NCBI GenBank assembly: GCA_016192455.1
Contig: JACPUC010000029.1
Coordinates: 186,001-239,974, forward strand
Direction: 5' to 3'
Length of the DNA stretch: 53,974 nt
Source of the DNA: Candidatus Tectimicrobiota bacterium
Lineage (GTDB): Bacteria > JACPUC01
Shown here: one piece after another, positions 9,098-17,889 of the stretch
Layout of the letters: every line of letters begins with the position of its first letter
Position numbering within the stretch: the stretch's first letter is position 1
Notes under the pieces: generated by a model
Databases searched by the model: none
What the model saw: only the letters and a program-made list of their open reading frames with translations
What the model was told of the DNA's origin: nothing
Program-made: the position numbers and the translations under genes

Positions 9098-11224
9098 GTG
9101 GTTGCCGTGCTCCGTTCAGCTCCCCGCGCCGGCAGGTTCCAGGGTGTGGTTCCGCGCCTCGCCCACCCGCTGCTGCACGCGGGCCCCAAGCCCCTCCTCA
9201 GCCTCCTGCTCGTCGCCGCCTCGTTCCTGTTCGCCGGCGCCGCCTCGGCCCGCGCCCAGGAGGCCGCGCCGACGAATGAGCAGTGCCTGGAGTGCCATGC
9301 CGACGCCGGCCTGACCGCGGAGCGAGATGGCCGTCAGGTCTCCCTCTTCGTCGAGGCGACGAAGTTCGCCGCCTCCGTGCACGAAAGCCTGCGCTGCGTC
9401 GACTGCCATGCGGGCCTGAAGGAGCTGCCGCACGCCGAGAAGCTAGCGCCCGTCGCCTGCGGGAACTGCCACGAGAAGGTCCAGCAACAGTACGCCGCCA
9501 GCGTCCACGCCATGCGCGCCGGCTTCAAGGAGAACCAGGGAGCCACCTGCCGCCACTGTCACGGCTCCCCCCACGCCATCCTGCCGCGGCAGGATGCGGC
9601 GTCGCCCATCGCTCCCGACAACCTGCCGAACACCTGCGGAGCCTGCCACAGCGCCACCGGCGCCCTGCGCGAACATACCCTGCAGATTCCGAAGACCTTC
9701 AAGGAGTACGCGGCGACGATCCACGGCCAGGGGCTGCTGCGCGCCGGCGTGCTCTACGCCGCTTCCTGCAAGGACTGCCACGCCAGCCACCTCGTGGTCC
9801 CAGCCGGTGACCTGCGTTCGCCGATCCACCGCGCCAACGTGGTGAACACCTGCGGACGCTGCCACACGGGGGTGCGGCAGCAGTTCCTCGGCAGCATCCA
9901 TGGCAGCAAGCTGCAGGCGGGGGACACGGCGGTGCCGGTCTGCACCCAGTGCCATCGGGGACACCAGATCACCGAGCCGGCGCGGGATGAGTTCCAGCTC
10001 AAGACCGTGGCCGAGTGCGGCACCTGCCACGACAAGCTCCTCGCCAGCTATCGCCAGACATACCACGGCAAGGTCACCGCGCTGGGGTACGCCGGCGTTG
10101 CCGCCTGTTCGAGCTGCCACACAGCGCATAATGTGCACCCCCCCGGCGACTCCGCCTCCTCCATTGCGCCGGCCAACATCACCAGCACCTGCCGCCAATG
10201 CCACCCCACGGCAACCGCACAGTTTGCCGGCTTCATTGTCCATCCCGACTACGGCGATCGTGGGCGCTACCCGCTCCTTTACTGGGTCTACCACCTCATG
10301 CTGGCGATCCTGACGGCCACGATGATCGCCTTCGGGGCGCACACGGTCCTCTGGTACCACCGCGCCTGGAGGGAGCGCCGCACGGGCGGGCCGAAGCCAG
10401 CGGGGATGAGCGGCGAGGCGTTCCTGCGCCTGAGCCCCTTCAACCGCCTCCTGCACATGCTGGTGATGAGCAGCTTCATCCTCCTCGTCATCACCGGCAT
10501 TCCGCTCGCTTTCAGCCACACCCGCTGGGCCGCCGCCGTCTTCCGCTCCCTCGGCGGCTACCAGGTGGCGGCGCTCCTGCACCGCTTCGGCGCCCTCATC
10601 ACCTTCCTCTACGTGGCGCTGCACCTGGCCTTCATCGTCTGGCAGGGCCTCATCAAACGGAAACGCGGCTTCTTCCGGGGGCCGGCGTCGATGGTGGTGC
10701 GGCTGCAGGACGTGCGCGACTTCTTCGCGCACCTCGCGTGGTTCTTTGGGCGCGGGCCACGGCCCCGCTTCGATCGCTGGACGTACTGGGAGAAGTTCGA
10801 CTACTACGCGGACCTGTGGGGCGTGCTGGTCTTTGGCGGCACGGGGCTGCTCATGTGGTTTCCCACTTTCTTCACGCGTTTCCTGCCCGGGGTGGCGCTC
10901 AACGTCTCACTCATCATGCACGGCATCGAGGCGCTGCTGGCGATCAGCTTCATCTTCACGATCCACTTCTTCAACGCTCACTTGCGGCCTGGGAAGTTCC
11001 CCATGGACCCGGTGATCGTGACGGGACGGATAAGTCGAGAAGAATTTGAGGAGGAGCGGCCGAAGGAGCTGGCGCGCCACCTGCGCGACGGCACCCTGGA
11101 CCTCATCCGCACCACGCCCGCGCCGCCCTGGCTGTTGCGCTACGCGCAGGTGATCGGCTTCGTCGCCCTGGCCTTCGGGTTGTCGCTCATCGCCTTGATC
11201 GTGGCCTCGTTGCTGTTAGGCTAG
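9098..11224 (+). CDS. CbcL-like inner-membrane protein: 11-heme cytochrome c fused to an FdnI/HydC-type cytochrome b
   Basis: 11 CXXCH followed by a multi-TM domain with RLLH, LLHR, RWTYWEKFDY, IMHG and IHFFNAHLRP. Confidence 0.85.
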   Translation: MVAVLRSAPRAGRFQGVVPRLAHPLLHAGPKPLLSLLLVAASFLFAGAASARAQEAAPTNEQCLECHADAGLTAERDGRQVSLFVEATKFAASVHESLRCVDCHAGLKELPHAEKLAPVACGNCHEKVQQQYAASVHAMRAGFKENQGATCRHCHGSPHAILPRQDAASPIAPDNLPNTCGACHSATGALREHTLQIPKTFKEYAATIHGQGLLRAGVLYAASCKDCHASHLVVPAGDLRSPIHRANVVNTCGRCHTGVRQQFLGSIHGSKLQAGDTAVPVCTQCHRGHQITEPARDEFQLKTVAECGTCHDKLLASYRQTYHGKVTALGYAGVAACSSCHTAHNVHPPGDSASSIAPANITSTCRQCHPTATAQFAGFIVHPDYGDRGRYPLLYWVYHLMLAILTATMIAFGAHTVLWYHRAWRERRTGGPKPAGMSGEAFLRLSPFNRLLHMLVMSSFILLVITGIPLAFSHTRWAAAVFRSLGGYQVAALLHRFGALITFLYVALHLAFIVWQGLIKRKRGFFRGPASMVVRLQDVRDFFAHLAWFFGRGPRPRFDRWTYWEKFDYYADLWGVLVFGGTGLLMWFPTFFTRFLPGVALNVSLIMHGIEALLAISFIFTIHFFNAHLRPGKFPMDPVIVTGRISREEFEEERPKELARHLRDGTLDLIRTTPAPPWLLRYAQVIGFVALAFGLSLIALIVASLLLG

Positions 11225-11450
11225 GGCGATGCGCCGAGGCGGAGCGCTCCCCCCTTGGGGGCGACAGGCGGGGCTGCTCCCATCGGGGGATCGCCCTCTT
11301 TGCGCTGCCGGACCGAGCCCCGGCGCGCGCGCCGCGCACCTGGCCGCGCTGGCCTCCCCGAGGTCTCCCCCGCGCCGGCGAGCGAACCCACCTCCGCCTC
11401 CCCGGGCCCCCCGCCCGCGCCACGCCGGTCCTCTGGTACGAGGAGCGGCG

Positions 11451-12962
11451 CTAGGGTTGCTTCTCTTTCCGCTCCGACTCCGACTTGGGTGCGCGCAGCC
11501 GCAAGCCGATGCCCGCCAGCATGAGGATGATGCCGAGCAGGGGCCAGAGCGCCCAGAGCTTGCGGTACCGCGCTTCAGCAATGGCGGTCCGACCCACCTT
11601 CTGTCCTTGGCGCGCCACCTGGAGGCCCCCCGCGATGACGTCGTTGAACGCCTTCGGGTTGATCTCGTGCATGACGTTGCGCGACTGGATGAGCGCCACG
11701 TTGGCGGCGCGGAACTCATAGAGGGCCTGGCTCACCTCAATCCCAGCGTTGGTGGCGCCGGCGAGGAGCTGTTTGCCCTTCTCCATCTCCGCTTTCAAGG
11801 ACTCAATGCCGGCGCGCATCGCCCTGGCGACGTCGAATCCCTGGCTGCCGCTCTCGTGGCAACGCGCGCAGATCGCCCCCTGCTCGACGCCCAGCATCGC
11901 GTCCGAGGTAAGCTGGATGCTGTGGTTGCCGTGGCAGGTCGCGCACTCGTGGTGCCCCTCCTTGTCGAAGCCGACCTTGTGCGGGCTCTTGACGAACATG
12001 TCCCGGTTAATCACGTGGCACTGCCCGCAGACATCGGCGATTGACGTCACCTCAGGCGGGAACGCGCCATGGTTGCCGTGACAGTCGTTGCACACCGGCG
12101 CGCCAAGGTCGGACTTCTCGTAGAGCAGCTTGCCATGCACACTGGTGCGGTACTGCGTCACCTGGTCCGTGGGAATCTTGTACTGCGCCATGTACTGCGG
12201 GTTGCTATGGCAGCGCCCGCAGGTTTTCGGCACGTTGAGGGCATAGACCGGGGAGTTGACGTTCGCGGAGCGCAGAATGCCGTGCACACCGTGACAGTCG
12301 ATGCAGGTGGCGACCTTCTTGTCTCCCTCTTCGAGACGCCGGCCGTGGATGCTGGTCAGGTAACGGTCGTACTGATCCGTCCGTATGCTCGGATTCCTTT
12401 GCCGCATGAAGTTCGGATCGGCATGGCAGGCGGCGCAGAATTTCGGGATATCGGCGCGGGCGGGCTTGCCGCGGAAGCCGGTGCTCTTCTCCATGGAGCT
12501 TTCCTGCGGATCGCGCTTATTGCCGCCATGGCAATCCGCGCAGGACAAGCCCTTCTCCCGGTGGATGTCGGCCGACCAGTTCTTCACGGCTTCGTCGCGC
12601 AGCTCGTCGACGTGGCAGCTCACACAGCTATCGCCCGTGTCTGCGGCAACCTCCTTCTTCTCCGCCGCGGCCGGCGCCGCGGCTTTTTCAGCCTTCTCTT
12701 CCTCCTTCCCTTTGCCGTTCTCTTTTTTCTCCTGGGCGAGCGCGAGGCGCAGACCGCTGTCGGCCCCAGCGGGCGAAGCCGGAGCTTCACGGTGGCGCTG
12801 GGAGAAGGCCGGGGAGGCTGTCGCCGCCGGCGCTTGGGGCTGCGCCGCAGCGCGGCTGACCAGCGCCACGAGCGTGACGAGGGCGAGAATGACGACGAAC
12901 ACCGCGTTCCAGAGAGATCTCTTGATCATGGTCTTGATCTTCTCGAAGGTTTCCATTGCCAT
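11451..12962 (-). CDS. Nonaheme cytochrome c with C-terminal membrane anchor (c1-position partner of the bc complex)
   Basis: Signal peptide, 9 CXXCH, C-terminal TM helix. Directly downstream of cytochrome b. Confidence 0.88.
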   Translation of the reverse strand: MAMETFEKIKTMIKRSLWNAVFVVILALVTLVALVSRAAAQPQAPAATASPAFSQRHREAPASPAGADSGLRLALAQEKKENGKGKEEEKAEKAAAPAAAEKKEVAADTGDSCVSCHVDELRDEAVKNWSADIHREKGLSCADCHGGNKRDPQESSMEKSTGFRGKPARADIPKFCAACHADPNFMRQRNPSIRTDQYDRYLTSIHGRRLEEGDKKVATCIDCHGVHGILRSANVNSPVYALNVPKTCGRCHSNPQYMAQYKIPTDQVTQYRTSVHGKLLYEKSDLGAPVCNDCHGNHGAFPPEVTSIADVCGQCHVINRDMFVKSPHKVGFDKEGHHECATCHGNHSIQLTSDAMLGVEQGAICARCHESGSQGFDVARAMRAGIESLKAEMEKGKQLLAGATNAGIEVSQALYEFRAANVALIQSRNVMHEINPKAFNDVIAGGLQVARQGQKVGRTAIAEARYRKLWALWPLLGIILMLAGIGLRLRAPKSESERKEKQP

Positions 12963-12981
12963 CCCCAGCAGGCGCCTCGCG

Positions 12982-14061
12982 TCACCCCACGGTATAGGCC
13001 AGGATGATCATCACTACCATGAAGAGAATGATGCAGACGCCGATGATCGTGAAGATCGGGTTCGGCTTGCCGCGCGCGGCGCCACGATCGAGGAGGGGAA
13101 CGAGGAGGAGGTAGAGTCCACCGAGCATGAAGCCGACGATGCCGACGGTCTCCCCTTCCCAGAGGAGGATGCGCCCCGGCAAGTATTTCAGGGCCTGCGA
13201 CATGTAGGTGAAGTACCATTCCGGCTTGATGCCTGCCGGAGCCGAGGCGAAGGGGTCGGCCTTGGTGCCCAGCTCCCAGGGGGAGAGGATGGAGAGGGCC
13301 AGCAGGACCGCCATGATGCCGAGCCAAACCATGGCCTCCCGCAGGAAAAAGTGCGGGAAGAACGGGATGGCCTCCTCCTGGCTGCTGTGGTGCTGCTGGG
13401 AGATCGGCTCGCTCATCCCTTGGCGCTGAATGAGGGCCAGGTGGAGAAGGAGGACGAGCACCGCGATCAACGGCAGCAAGGCGACGTGGATGCCGAAGAA
13501 GCGCGACAGCGTCAGCCCCGTCACCATCTCTCCCCCTTTCAGGGTCTCGCCGATGTAGCCGCCCAGCAGAGGAACGGTGCTGACGATGGAGGTGCCCACT
13601 CTGGTGGCGAAGAAGGCGAGCTCGTTCCAGGGCAAGAGATAGCCGGAGAAGCCAAACCCCAGCGCCAGCCCAAGGAGGAGGAAGCCGGTCAGCCAGGTGA
13701 TCTCGCGCGGCTTGCGGTAGGCGCGCATGAAGTAGGCGCTGAACATGTGGCAGAAACAGGCGAGGACGAAGAGGTTTGCGGCCCAGCTATGGGTGTTGCG
13801 GATGAGCCAGCCGAAGGGAACCTCGCCCACCAGGAAGCGCACGCTCTCGTAGGCGGCCTCCGGCGTGGGGGTGTAGTACATGAGAAGGAGGATGCCGGTG
13901 AAGACCTGCACGCCGAACAGAAACAGGACGACACCCCCGAAGTAGTACCAGGCGGTATAGCGGTGCCGCGGCACGGTCTTGTGGGAGAGGAAGCGCACGA
14001 TCTCGCTGATGCGCAGGCGCTCTTCGAACCACTGCCAAACCTTTGAATTCTGTGTTTTCAT
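12982..14061 (-). CDS. petB: Cytochrome b of a Rieske/cytochrome b complex (N- and C-terminal domains in one polypeptide)
   Basis: WYYFGG, four heme-b His (RNTHSW, CHMF, GIHVA, LLHLA), GYLLPW and the Qo motif IKPEWYF. Confidence 0.93.
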   Translation of the reverse strand: MKTQNSKVWQWFEERLRISEIVRFLSHKTVPRHRYTAWYYFGGVVLFLFGVQVFTGILLLMYYTPTPEAAYESVRFLVGEVPFGWLIRNTHSWAANLFVLACFCHMFSAYFMRAYRKPREITWLTGFLLLGLALGFGFSGYLLPWNELAFFATRVGTSIVSTVPLLGGYIGETLKGGEMVTGLTLSRFFGIHVALLPLIAVLVLLLHLALIQRQGMSEPISQQHHSSQEEAIPFFPHFFLREAMVWLGIMAVLLALSILSPWELGTKADPFASAPAGIKPEWYFTYMSQALKYLPGRILLWEGETVGIVGFMLGGLYLLLVPLLDRGAARGKPNPIFTIIGVCIILFMVVMIILAYTVG

Positions 14062-14064
14062 AGC

Positions 14065-14502
14065 TCAGGCTCGCTTCGAGATGAAAAATTCGTTGCCCCG
14101 TGTGACCACCTGCAGTTCCTCGAGGGGCCGCGGAGGGGGGCCTGAAACATTGCGCCCGAAGAGGTCGAAGTGGCCATTATGACAGGCGCACCAGATGTGG
14201 GCGAGATCGTCGCGATACTGGACGGTGCAGGCGAGGTGCGTGCAGATCGCCAGGAAAGCCCGCACCTCGCCGCCGGGCGGCCGCACGATGATCGCCGGCG
14301 AGCTGCCGTAGCGCACAATCTTGCCGCTGTTGGGCGGCAGCTCGGTCGTCTTCGCCGCCAAGACGGAGAGGCTTCCCACCTGCCCGCTGGCAGGCGGGAT
14401 GACGTAGCGAAAGATCGCCTGGAGAATCGTTCCAAGCCAGATCAGCAATCCCCCGCCGACCAGGAGGTTGGAAAACATTCTGCGGCTGAGTCTTCGTTCC
14501 AC
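14065..14502 (-). CDS. petC: Rieske 2Fe-2S subunit of bc complex
   Basis: CTHLAC and CACHNG boxes, GPPPRPL, Tat-like SRRMF anchor. GTG start at 14502 with AGGAG RBS. Confidence 0.9.
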   Translation of the reverse strand: MERRLSRRMFSNLLVGGGLLIWLGTILQAIFRYVIPPASGQVGSLSVLAAKTTELPPNSGKIVRYGSSPAIIVRPPGGEVRAFLAICTHLACTVQYRDDLAHIWCACHNGHFDLFGRNVSGPPPRPLEELQVVTRGNEFFISKRA

Positions 14503-14877
14503 CCTTGCACTCCTTGCGCTTGGCACCTGGCGCGGCGCGGCGCCACCTCCTGCGCTGGCAGGTGGCTGGCGCTGCCGCGTAACCTTACTCTCCGGCGGCC
14601 GCCGGGCGAATCCCAACCACGGGAGCGAAGCTCACACCTCCTCGCGCCGCCGCGGCGCTCATAAGTCAAGCAGCCTCGACCACGGAAAAAGCGCGGCCCT
14701 CCTTCCTCATCGGCTGGGCCGCTGCCGCAGCCTTCTCACCGCCGGCCCGCCGCAGGGTTCCAGTGCGAGTCTCGCTCCCTTACCGCTTACGATAGCCCCC
14801 GCCGGCGTTCGCCACCACTTTGGGCGTTACCTCACCCCTCGCCGCGTCCTCCCCGACGAGCGGGATTCCTACAAGGC

Positions 14878-14965
14878 TAGCTGCCCCTGCGCGCGGAGCA
14901 CACTCGAATCCGCAGATTTCGCAGATGACACAGATTGATAGCTGCCTCGCGCGCGGAGCACACTC
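14878..14965. repeat. ~28-bp direct repeat pair enclosing a short (G/A)CAGAT tandem tract
   Basis: TAGCTGCCCCTGCGCGCGGAGCACACTC (14878-14905) and TAGCTGCCTCGCGCGCGGAGCACACTC (14939-14965) flank GAATCCGCAGATTTCGCAGATGACACAGATTGA. Confidence 0.6.
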
Positions 14966-15158
14966 CTTACGCGCGAGGTTCCTCGAACCTTGGGAGAAGC
15001 GCGGGCCGCCTGGCGCAAGCGCCGCGCCGCCAGGCTGGCAGGGCGCGCTTCCGCCGGGCGCCAAGGGACCCGCCTTCAATCAACAGCCCATTCCTCTTGC
15101 AAGCCCACGGGAAGGGTGAGCGAGGCGCCCGGGGGGCTCCGAAAACGCCGCGGGCCCA

Positions 15159-16571
15159 CTACCGCGCCATGGCGGTGGACTCCTTCCCCAACGCATGGAT
15201 ACCCTGGACGTTCAGCGCCGCCCATTCCTTGTCACGATCAGCGTGGCAGGAGAGGCAGGCGAACTCGAGGGTAATGGCGTTGTTGGCCTGCAATCCATCC
15301 GCGGTGAACATCTGCGCCGTGACCTCCGGGTTGATGCGGACCAGATGCGACTGCACGTCGCCCACGTAGTCCTTCACCTTGATGGCGCTCTTCATTGCCT
15401 TCGGCATATGGCAATTCTGACACCTCACCCCGAGGCGCTGCATGGCACTGCCGGTAAAGTCTTGCGCTTGCTGGCTGTGGCAGCTCTCGCAGGTGCGGGT
15501 GATGGAGAAGACCGCCTTCTTGTGCGGGTCGTGACAGGTGACGCACTGCAGCCCCGCGTTCGCGTGCGGGCTCGCCTGAAACTCGTTGTTCTGCTCCTGG
15601 TGGCGGATGAAGCCGCCGCTCGCCGGGATGCTATCCGCCGCGCCGCGGGTATGGCAGCGGCCGCAGAGTGTCGCACTGCTGTCCTTCGTGATCGCCGTGG
15701 GATCACCACTGGCGGCGTGGCGGCTGCCGGCGCCGTGGCAGTTCTCGCAGGTGATACCGCCGCTCACCCAGGTCCCTTTGATGCCTGGCCGACCATCCTG
15801 GTTGAGGATCTCCGAGAAGCCGGTGGTGTGGCAGGAGCCGCAGTCATACGGTTTCTGCACACCCGGCTCGTAATCGCTCCAGGTGTTGTTCTCCAGGTTG
15901 TACTGGTTCTTCCCCGGAACGTCGCGGTCCGCCCCGGTGCGGGTGATGATGAACCCATCGAGGCCCATGAAGCGCGCCTTCCACTTGTAGCCGCCGATAA
16001 CGTAGGAGATGTCGTCCCAGGTGAAGCCCGCCGGCAGCGGGATGGGGCGATTGCGGGCTTCACGGGCGGGCATCAGCTTGTAGGGGTGGCCGGAGACGCG
16101 CCAGTCGTTCACCTTCTGCTCATGGCAGCGGGCGCAGGCTTCCGCTCCGACGAACCGCGGGAGGTCAGCGGGGAAGGAGAAGGAGACTTCATTCGACGGC
16201 GGGCTGGCTTCCCCGGCTGAAGTGACAGCCGCGATGCTGAAGCGAAAGCCGCCTCCGAGCGTGGGCGGGGGAACGTAGGAGAAGCTCGTCCTCTTGCCGA
16301 CGTCCAACAAGCCCGACGCCGCGCCGCTGAAGTTGAGCTGGTAGGAGGCCACATCCGCTTCGGGAGACGCCTCCCAGGAAAAGACCACGAAGCCGCCCTC
16401 GATCGTCACGGCGAAGTTCGCCGGGGCCGAGGGCGGCGCGGCAAGGAGTGAAGCGGGGAATCCCAGGCCGACGAGCAAGGCCACCAAGAGGATGACGCGC
16501 AGCCTACCCCATGGCATGGTCGAGCGAGCAGGTTGCGGATTCACTGGCCGAATCATCGTCGTTCTCGACAT
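15159..16571 (-). CDS. Secreted octaheme cytochrome c with N-terminal fibronectin-III-like domain
   Basis: Signal peptide, PPSAPANF...FSWEAS...Y...IAAV..AGEAS.PSNEV (FN3), then 8 CXXCH starting with a c554-like FVGAEACARCH. ATG 16571 has a GGAGG RBS. Confidence 0.85.
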   Translation of the reverse strand: MSRTTMIRPVNPQPARSTMPWGRLRVILLVALLVGLGFPASLLAAPPSAPANFAVTIEGGFVVFSWEASPEADVASYQLNFSGAASGLLDVGKRTSFSYVPPPTLGGGFRFSIAAVTSAGEASPPSNEVSFSFPADLPRFVGAEACARCHEQKVNDWRVSGHPYKLMPAREARNRPIPLPAGFTWDDISYVIGGYKWKARFMGLDGFIITRTGADRDVPGKNQYNLENNTWSDYEPGVQKPYDCGSCHTTGFSEILNQDGRPGIKGTWVSGGITCENCHGAGSRHAASGDPTAITKDSSATLCGRCHTRGAADSIPASGGFIRHQEQNNEFQASPHANAGLQCVTCHDPHKKAVFSITRTCESCHSQQAQDFTGSAMQRLGVRCQNCHMPKAMKSAIKVKDYVGDVQSHLVRINPEVTAQMFTADGLQANNAITLEFACLSCHADRDKEWAALNVQGIHALGKESTAMAR

Positions 16572-16809
16572 GGCAGTTCCTCCCTGCTTGGAATTGCCCC
16601 CCGCCTTGCTCTGCTGTGATTCTCCTCGCACCTCCCTTCCGAGGCGGGCTTGTTTGCCCCCACACCTGCGCACGATCGTCAGAGCCGAGCCGTTGCGGCG
16701 CCAACGTCGTGGCGCCAGCCTTCCAGGAGCCACCAGAATCGCCGCCGGGCGGGGTTGGCAAGCTCTGGCAGCCCTGCATCAGCGTCAACCTTTCAGGCTC
16801 GGTCCAAGC

Positions 16810-17403
16810 TCACTGCTTCTCTTTCCAATGCTTGATTTGCGCTTTGCGCTCGGCGAACTTGAACTCTTTGTAGAAAGGGCTGTCGCTATTATGGCACTGC
16901 TTGCACTGCTCTTCCGTCGGCGGCATGATCATGCCGGCCTCCACCGCCTTCGCCCGCATCCCCTTCGCATCTTCCTGCCATTTCTTCTTGCTCATGATGG
17001 TGGTTTTGCGATACTCGCTGCCCGGCCCATGGCAGGCTTCGCACTGCACGTTCAAGAGATCGGCCTTGGCCTCGGCTGGCTTTCCCCAGCCGGTGGTATG
17101 GCACTTCAGGCATTTCTCGTCTTTCGTGTAGTCCTTCTGCGGATCAACCTTCGCGGCCTTCTTGGCCTCCACGGCAACGCCGGGCTTCAGGAGCTCCATG
17201 ACCTTGGCGTGCTTTGACTTTTCCCAGATGGGGTACTCTTCGCCCCCCAGATTCGCGCGCGAGTGGCAGCGCTTGCACTTCTCAACCCCAGCGTACTCGG
17301 GGCTCTTTGCGTTGGCGCTGCTGACCAGCACCAGAGCCAGGAAAACGAAGCCAGCGGCCACCACGCAGAGACTCCCGAGCCTAGCACCCACTCTACTCCT
17401 CAT
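16810..17403 (-). CDS. Cytochrome c554-like tetraheme cytochrome
   Basis: Signal peptide, 4 CXXCH, W.KSKHA..ELLKPG...DPQKDYTKDEKC and CEACHGPG, resembling Nitrosomonas c554. ATG 17403 has a GGAGG RBS. Confidence 0.88.
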   Translation of the reverse strand: MRSRVGARLGSLCVVAAGFVFLALVLVSSANAKSPEYAGVEKCKRCHSRANLGGEEYPIWEKSKHAKVMELLKPGVAVEAKKAAKVDPQKDYTKDEKCLKCHTTGWGKPAEAKADLLNVQCEACHGPGSEYRKTTIMSKKKWQEDAKGMRAKAVEAGMIMPPTEEQCKQCHNSDSPFYKEFKFAERKAQIKHWKEKQ

Positions 17404-17889
17404 CGTGCACCTCCCCTCATCCAGTCTTCGAGTCACAATCTCCAGCGGCAACCAGTCTACCAGAAAATCTCGCAGAAAAGGGGCCCCTTCGTGGAGCGCC
17501 AGGCAGCCCACCCTCTCCGTCTGGTTGTCACCTTGCGCCTCCCGCCGTGGCTCCCTCTCGGCGTGCAAGCCTGGAGCCCCCTCGGGAGGCCGGTTTCGAC
17601 GCCTCGCCTTTCTCCCCTCCGCAAGCAGCGCTCCTCTGCCGCTCGCCGTGGGATGATGGCCTGGCGCGCGGCCCTCACGTGCAGAAACGACCCGTCACAC
17701 CTCTCCCTCCGACCGAGCCCGAACGTCAGCCGGTCGCCGCTTCTCATCCGGGTCCTGGCTGGCTATTGCTCCAGGCAACCTGTGGCGTTTGAGCGCGGGG
17801 CGTCGACAGCCGTCCACGCCGCGCGCCACCCCGGGTACCGCGACCCGAGGTGGCGCGCGCTTCAGCACAAAGGCTACAGGACCTTCCCG

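Noticed and set aside
12982-14061. b6f-type heme ci attachment
   Set aside because: WYYFGG lacks the Cys of the b6 YCxGG motif.
14878-14965. Mini CRISPR array (28-bp repeat, 33-bp spacer)
   Set aside because: Only two imperfect repeats, the 'spacer' is itself a microrepeat, and there are no cas genes.
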